Assembly: GCF_009834535.1 (NCBI RefSeq) | Contig: NC_045707.1 | Location: 55,864,001 to 55,924,000 of the forward strand | Source: Camelus ferus | Lineage: Eukaryota | DNA: 60,000 nt | Direction: 5' to 3' | Shown here: piece after piece, positions 54,250 to 60,000 of the stretch | Numbering within the stretch: position 1 is the stretch's first letter | How the letters are laid out: every line of letters starts with the position of its first letter | Position numbers and translations under genes: made by a program | Notes under the pieces: model-generated | What the model was told of the DNA's origin: nothing | Databases searched by the model: none | What the model saw: the letters and a program-made list of their open reading frames with translations, nothing else

Positions 54250-54707
54250 CTGAGGGGGAAAAGTGGAAATATTGGTGTAAGAAGATGATGTCCACTGTGG
54301 AAACAATAAAGCTCTCTTTACTTCAATTTAGTTTCTATGTATGATTTCTGATTTTAAAAGAAAACCAAGAAATAAATACCTCAGAAACAAATATACAAAA
54401 GAACAAGAATATAGTAAGAAGTAGAGGTGCTACTGAAAAATATATGTTTTAGTCTCTGCCTTGAAGGAGCTCAGAATATTATGAGCTTAAAATCTAGATG
54501 AACAAGTTGTATTTATTTTAGTATCTTAGAATGCTAAACAGATGTCAAAACATTAAAACTGAGAGAGATGTCGTTGTTAAGGGCTCATAATTTGATCAGC
54601 AAGTGTTCAGAAACAGAAATACCATGTTTTTTAATCTGTGAGGCTGTAGGTCACCATTTTTATGGAGAAAGAAAGAGATATTTTAAAACGATTTGACTAT
54701 TACTTAC

Positions 54708-54793
54708 AAGCCAGGGTAGGCCTGCTCCCGATAGCCAATTTGTAATAATGCAGTGCTTCTGCAAACCTGCTGTTCTCCTGCAGGAGTAACCCT
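54708..54793 (-). CDS. TMTC2: TMTC2 coding exon (86 bp, approx. exon 5): (L)GLLLQENSRFAEALHYYKLAIGSRPTLA(S)
   Basis: Manual minus-strand translation matches the TMTC2 TPR region as I remember it. Acceptor ttttcctcatgcag|A, donor T|gtaagt. The terminal T joins CT of the next exon to give TCT (Ser). This frame is absent from the ORF track. Confidence 0.95.
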
Positions 54794-55167
54794 CTGCATG
54801 AGGAAAATAGAAATTTGGAGACAGGACTGTATTACTATACATAAAACCACAGATTTTTATTTTATATTTCAAAAATAAAAATGGTTAGCAGGGCCATAAA
54901 AATGACCTAGTACTATAAAAATAAATTCTAAATAGAAGGAAATGATTCCTCAGGAGAGAAAATACTGGAGAGGTATCAGTTGCATTTACGTTGCATTAGA
55001 AAGTTTTAAAAAGTATTTTCAAAAAGCCCTTTACCCCCCCCACCACTGAACTTTCCCCTTTCCAGAAGTCTTTTCCCTCCCACTAGAATTACACACCACC
55101 TGGATTTCTCCTTGGAACACACACAGTTTTTCATCATTTCAGAACGGAAACTTGTCTAAGGCTGTGA

Positions 55168-55193
55168 GATATACATACATATACATACATACA

Positions 55194-55228
<35 letters not shown>
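55168..55228. repeat. Compound (TACA)n/(TA)n microsatellite
   Basis: Directly visible. Confidence 0.95.
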
Positions 55229-55235
<7 letters not shown>

Positions 55236-56178
55236 CATGAGATGCCTCTCTTACTAGCCATATGGCTTGAGAAATACTGGCCCATGACTGCCCAAAAGGC
55301 AAAAGGCAATCTGAGTCAGTAAGATAAAGAAAGACAGAATCTAATCAGATGCCATCAGGGAACAAAGACGGAAAATCATCCACATTATTTCCTTATTAGT
55401 TGGATTTGGTCAAATAAGCTTTGAATTTCAGAACACTGGGCAAATTTCAGTTCACTGTTTTGAGATATGCTTTTGTCTACGAACCCTCAGACTCCACGGG
55501 CCTCTCCAGGAGGTTCCTTTGGCAGTGAGGGACCATGTGGATTATTCCAGCATTTCCAAGCCCTGCCCTCCTGATCTCAATGAGAATTATAATCATATCT
55601 ATGAAAATGCAGTGTCAAGAAATTGGACTAAATTCCAAAAGCAATCATGGAGGGCTTTCTGGTCTATCACTATTCTCTTACAATCAGCACATGTCTTCCA
55701 GACATTTGGCACCTCTCTTGGGCCTGAGGACTGCTGTCATCAACCTCAAATTGCAGATTCCACTTGCCAGCTTCCAAGGCCTTCGAGAGGCTGGTAAAAT
55801 GCAGGTTTGTGAAATGAGAAGGCTATGGGCAAAAACTTGTCATTTTGTAGAGTATTTTAAAAATACTCAGCTTATTATTTAATGGGCATGATTGAAAAAT
55901 AATGAAGTAAATCATTTGTAAATTAAAGTTTGCTCACTTGTGTCATTAGCATATATTCACCTCATTATTCCTAATATTTGTTAAAAGAGCCATTTGAACA
56001 GATGAAACCATTCCAAAACTCATGAACACTAGCATGTATACAGAAATGTACATGTCTATAAGCATTTCTGAGCAACAATTTGATTAGGAAATTGATATGC
56101 TTCACTATTAAATGCACTTTTCAGTTGCTGGGAACAAGGGAGAATGTAGGTTCCTGCAGTATTCAAGAGCATGTGAAC

Positions 56179-56785
56179 TTTTTTTTTTAAATTGCAGTTT
56201 ACAATGTTGTGTCAATTTCTGGTGTACAGCATAATGTTTCAGTCATACATGTACATACATATATTCATTTCCATATTCTTTTTCATTATAGGTTACTACA
56301 AGATATTGAATATAGTTCCCTGTGCTATACAGAAAAATCTTGTTTATCTATTTTATATATAGTAGTTAGTATCTGAAAATCTCAAACTCCCACTTTATCC
56401 CTCCCCTCCTATCCCCCCTGGTAACCATAAGTTTGTTTTCTATGCCTGTGAGTCTGTTTCTGTTTTATAAATAAGTTCATTTGTGCCTTTTCTTTCTTTT
56501 TTTTTTTTTTAGATTCTACATAGAGTGATAATCACGTGGCATTCTTTTTCTTTCTGGCTACTTCACTCAGAATGATGATCTCCAGGTCCATCTGTGTTGC
56601 TGCAAATGGCATTATTTTATTCTTTTTATGGCTGAGTAGTATTCCATCATATAAATATACCACAGCGTCTTTATCCAGTTATCTGTTGATGGACATTTAG
56701 GTTGTTTCCATGTCTTGGCTATTGTATATAGTGCTGCTATGAACATTGGGATGCATGTGTCTTTTCGAAATGCAGTTCCCTCTGG
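56179..56785 (-). mobile_element. Lineage-level L1 3' end
   Basis: ORF 56612..56812(-) contains KDTCIPMFIAALYTIAKTWKQPKCPSTDNWIK...EYYSAIK (L1 ORF2 C-terminus), followed by 3' UTR and A tail. Confidence 0.93.
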
Positions 56786-57039
56786 AGGGAATTCTAATTC
56801 GTAAAGATACAACTGTCTTTAAAAGCAAGTAAAACTGATAAAGAGAATACTCACACACTTTACAAAAAAGGAATAATATGCTTTATAAAAATAATTTGGA
56901 CAAAAGCTCTCCAGTGACCTAAGCTCATATACATCATCTCATTTCAGAAACTTATCTACAACCTTAATTGTCTTTATCACGTTCCTGCGTACATACGTCC
57001 AATGACTCAAATCTCATTTGCCCCTAAATCTAGTTTAGG

Positions 57040-57905
57040 CTCTTTCTTGGAATTCTGCTGAAATGTTATCATCAAATTTCCTCTAACTATCAAAACCCCC
57101 AAATAGTACGAACCACCCAATCAACTGTAGCACTTCTGACTGTTAAACCCATCTTCCTTCCTGAAACTCCATTTCCTCCGCTTCTGGGGAACCAGTCTCC
57201 CCTAGTTCTCTATCCCTGGGACCATACTTCAGAGAATGAAGAAAAGTGTGTATATTCCTTTAAAAGAAGCTGGCATCTCACAGGACTTTGTATTTTTCTC
57301 CTTTTCTTGGTAAATACTGTCCCCACAGGACAGCATGCATACCTGCTGCTCATATGTTGACTGTTGTCAGTTCTCAAATAGCAATCTCTCTCCCGACACC
57401 CAGAACTGTTGAAAATTCAGCAGCTTACCGAGCCCCGTCAATCTAGGGGCTCACTGCCATTTCAGAATCAACCCATTCAAAAATTGAAAACAGTATCTCC
57501 CACTGCAATTCTTCTTTTCCCTCAACAGAGGCACTGAGGATAGAACCCAGGACCTCGTGCAGGCCAAGCACGTGCTCTACCACTGAGCTACACCCCACCC
57601 TCCTCCCACTCAAAATTAACTAAAGAGATACATGAAATAGATTTTAAAAAGTCTCCTCAGCCATCAGCACTATCATTCACTCCAGTTGTTAAAAATCAGA
57701 AACCTGGTGATCACTCTTGACTTCTCACTTATCCTCACCATTCCAGGTTTAAAAAAGTCTTGAAAGCCTACCAGCTCTTATTTTCTAAGGCTCTTTACTC
57801 TGCCCCTCAAGGTTCACTTTTATGCCCTTTTTATCTTTTCTGCCGCCTAAATAACAGCAATAGCCCACTAATTAGTCTCGCATAATTACATTTCTAAAGG
57901 GCAAA
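57040..57905 (+). mobile_element. L2 remnant
   Basis: Pyrimidine-rich L2 body: cttccttcctgaaactc, agaaacctggtgatcactcttgacttctc, cagcaatagcccactaattagtctc. Confidence 0.65.
57527..57606 (-). mobile_element. tRNA-derived SINE inserted in an L2
   Basis: gaggcactgaggatagaacccaggacctcgtgcaggccaagcacgtgctctaccactgagctacacccc; same family as the other copies. Confidence 0.85.
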
Positions 57906-58967
57906 TATGCTGCTAGGCCAGGCAGAAAGAACAGGACATGAGCACGAATCTTTGACAGTATGCCTAAAGACCAAAAACCTTGAAAATGATGTATTCAGCC
58001 TCACGGGCTCCCCACTGCTGATGTATTACAGTTCCGTCATTCTCCAACTCAAAATATAGCATGGGAGCCACACCTCGACAATCCTGTCCAGCCCGCCCCA
58101 TTCTTTGGAAGAAACTAGTCACACTGAGGGATGCAGCAGCCAAGTCTCCAGGATTATTTATCAAGTGGCCCTTTGAGTTAGAGACCATCATCTTCTGCCT
58201 GTATCATCTGAATAAAGTTAGCAATGCAGTGAGTCCAAGTTAGATGGCTATTGTGACTGATTTCTCATGGCTAAGGGTTTAATTGAGCATCAACTATGCC
58301 CTAGTATGCATGCAGCAATAGGAACCAGACAAATGCACTCGCCTGTGGATGCACAATCTATTGAGAAAGACAAATAAGAAAATAAATGGTGCAGAAAATT
58401 ACTATGACAGAGGACAGAGTAGCAACACCACTCCAGCTCAGAAATGGACGAGGGGAGGTTCAGAGTCCAAGTGACATTGGCAGAGGCTCGAAGGTAAGGA
58501 GCAGTTAGCCGGCAGTAAAAAGTGTCATCATCACTCTAAGGTATCAAGAAGAAAGAGTGATCCACAGAGAATTCACCGACTAACTCTAGGTTTTATGGTT
58601 AATAAGAGGCAAAGCCAGGACTGGAACACAGTTTCTCTGATCCTAAATCCCACGCTCTTTCTAAAAGGGGGAAAAAAAAAAAAAAGAGAGAGAGAGAAAG
58701 AGAAGATAATTCAATTCTAGATACATGTACACTAGGCTACGTTTCCTTTGGTCTCAAACTCTCCAGATTTCATATAACATAAACTTGAACTGATACTCTG
58801 AAAAGGAATGAAACGTCATTTTGGCAGTTCAGGATGAACTGGGGTCAATTCTGGTGCTGTAACAATGAAGCTTCTCTTACCACTGTTTTCCACATTTATA
58901 GAATTCATTCTTCATTTTACTGAAGATTTGATAGAGGGATAGAAACCCTTCACATCATAATTTATGG

Positions 58968-58991
58968 TGATGATGATAATGATGATGATGA
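58968..58991. repeat. (GAT)n microsatellite
   Basis: tgatgatgataatgatgatgatga. Confidence 0.85.
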
Positions 58992-59215
58992 CGGTAGCTA
59001 AATGTATTTGACACTTACAATGTTACGTATATTACCTTACACTTACACATACTAACTTAATTTGTACTTATCAATAATCTTATGAAATAGGTGATTATTA
59101 CTAGTCCCGTTTTAAGGATAATGAACCTGGGGCAAGAAAAAGTTCAGTAACATACCAAAGGGCACACAACTAGCATGAATTGTGCTACAATTCAAGCCCA
59201 GAAGTCCAAGTACAA
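58990..59215 (-). mobile_element. MIR SINE
   Basis: tagctaaatgtatttgacacttac...aatcttatgaaataggt...cccgttttaaggata...ccaaagggcacacaactag. Confidence 0.7.
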
Positions 59216-60000
59216 AGGAGGAGCTGTATTTTAATAAAGCCTTCACAGCAAAGCCTTTTCCACAGCTGTTTAAAATTGATGGCATAGTTTGTTTACATGC
59301 TGATCGTATCAACAAAATTTCTGGTTTCTATGTATGTTAAAAACAAAAACACATTTTAATATACTCTCAAGCCAGAATCTAATGAGAAAAAAATTGTATT
59401 CATATTTCGTGAAGTTGCTTTACAATAAGGAAACTGACCCATAATATACACTGATGTGAAGTTAAAGTGTCTTTTGGGGGAGAAATTTAAAAAAATGCTA
59501 CTGATCTCTAAATAACAAGCAGCAGGATTACTTTTATACGTCTGTGTGTCCTTGGCTATATGATAGTATTTTTAATAGAAGAAAATATTTTACTTATCAT
59601 ATTTCTCCTTCAGTGATTTATCTTTCAGAAACACAGTCACTGAAATTAAGCAGCCAATCAAGAAGGACATAAATTGGGGAAACAAAGCATAAATACTTGT
59701 CATAGTCAAAGGAAGACAACACATATGGATATACAAAGTACTGTTCACTCTAAAACTTAAATTCTAGGAGACCACTTTACTTCAGGAAAGAAACAATAAA
59801 ATTCTCTCCCTCAAATCCTTTCTGCTTTTTCTTTTCACCTGAGTTTGATCACACGTTCTAGGAACGGCCAGTGAGTGCGCAGAATTTCTTATCCTGTGAG
59901 AGTGCTCCCCTAACAACCCTGTCTTTGTCTAAAATGCCATTTAAAAGAATCACCATAATCTAGACACTTGATAAATGGAAACCAGTCAAACCCGTGGTAA

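Noticed and set aside
2445..54793. Apparent residue differences from human TMTC2 (e.g. GKTEE, YEDAL, EKFF)
   Set aside because: Conservative changes compared from memory only; frame and splice sites are intact, so this is ordinary orthologue divergence.
1665..59315. Most ORFs in the six-frame track as independent genes
   Set aside because: They are short (60-126 aa), lack recognisable domains, and many overlap repeats or are antisense to exons. Only those overlapping TMTC2 exons or L1 ORFs carry real protein signal.
1..60000. Prokaryotic-type systems (CRISPR arrays, operons, defence loci)
   Set aside because: The sequence is a mammalian intron-exon locus with no regularly spaced repeat-spacer array and no dense coding regions.

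Overview
Mammalian genomic DNA, AT-rich and mostly intronic, probably from a camelid (short tRNA-derived SINEs of the Vic-1 type). The only protein-coding content I can support is five consecutive minus-strand exons of TMTC2, an O-mannosyltransferase, covering its TPR region: 54708-54793, 54065-54249, 52890-52968, 38378-38499 and 2445-2526. All have GT-AG boundaries, compatible phases and an open spliced frame; from memory they correspond to about exons 5-9. The rest is intron containing L1, L2, MIR, HAL1-like, SINE and Tigger-MITE remnants, microsatellites and a U6 snRNA pseudogene. Nearly all ORFs in the supplied track are spurious or L1-derived. I see no convincing new biological system. 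The best leads are a chimeric U6 retrocopy fused to an unidentified ~110-nt sequence, an inverted L1 pair bracketing three exons (circRNA-type architecture), a small orphan CpG-rich patch beside a CTCF/YY1-like motif, homeodomain-motif-rich candidate enhancers, and a three-level nested transposon. Repeat boundaries and subfamily names were judged by eye and are approximate.
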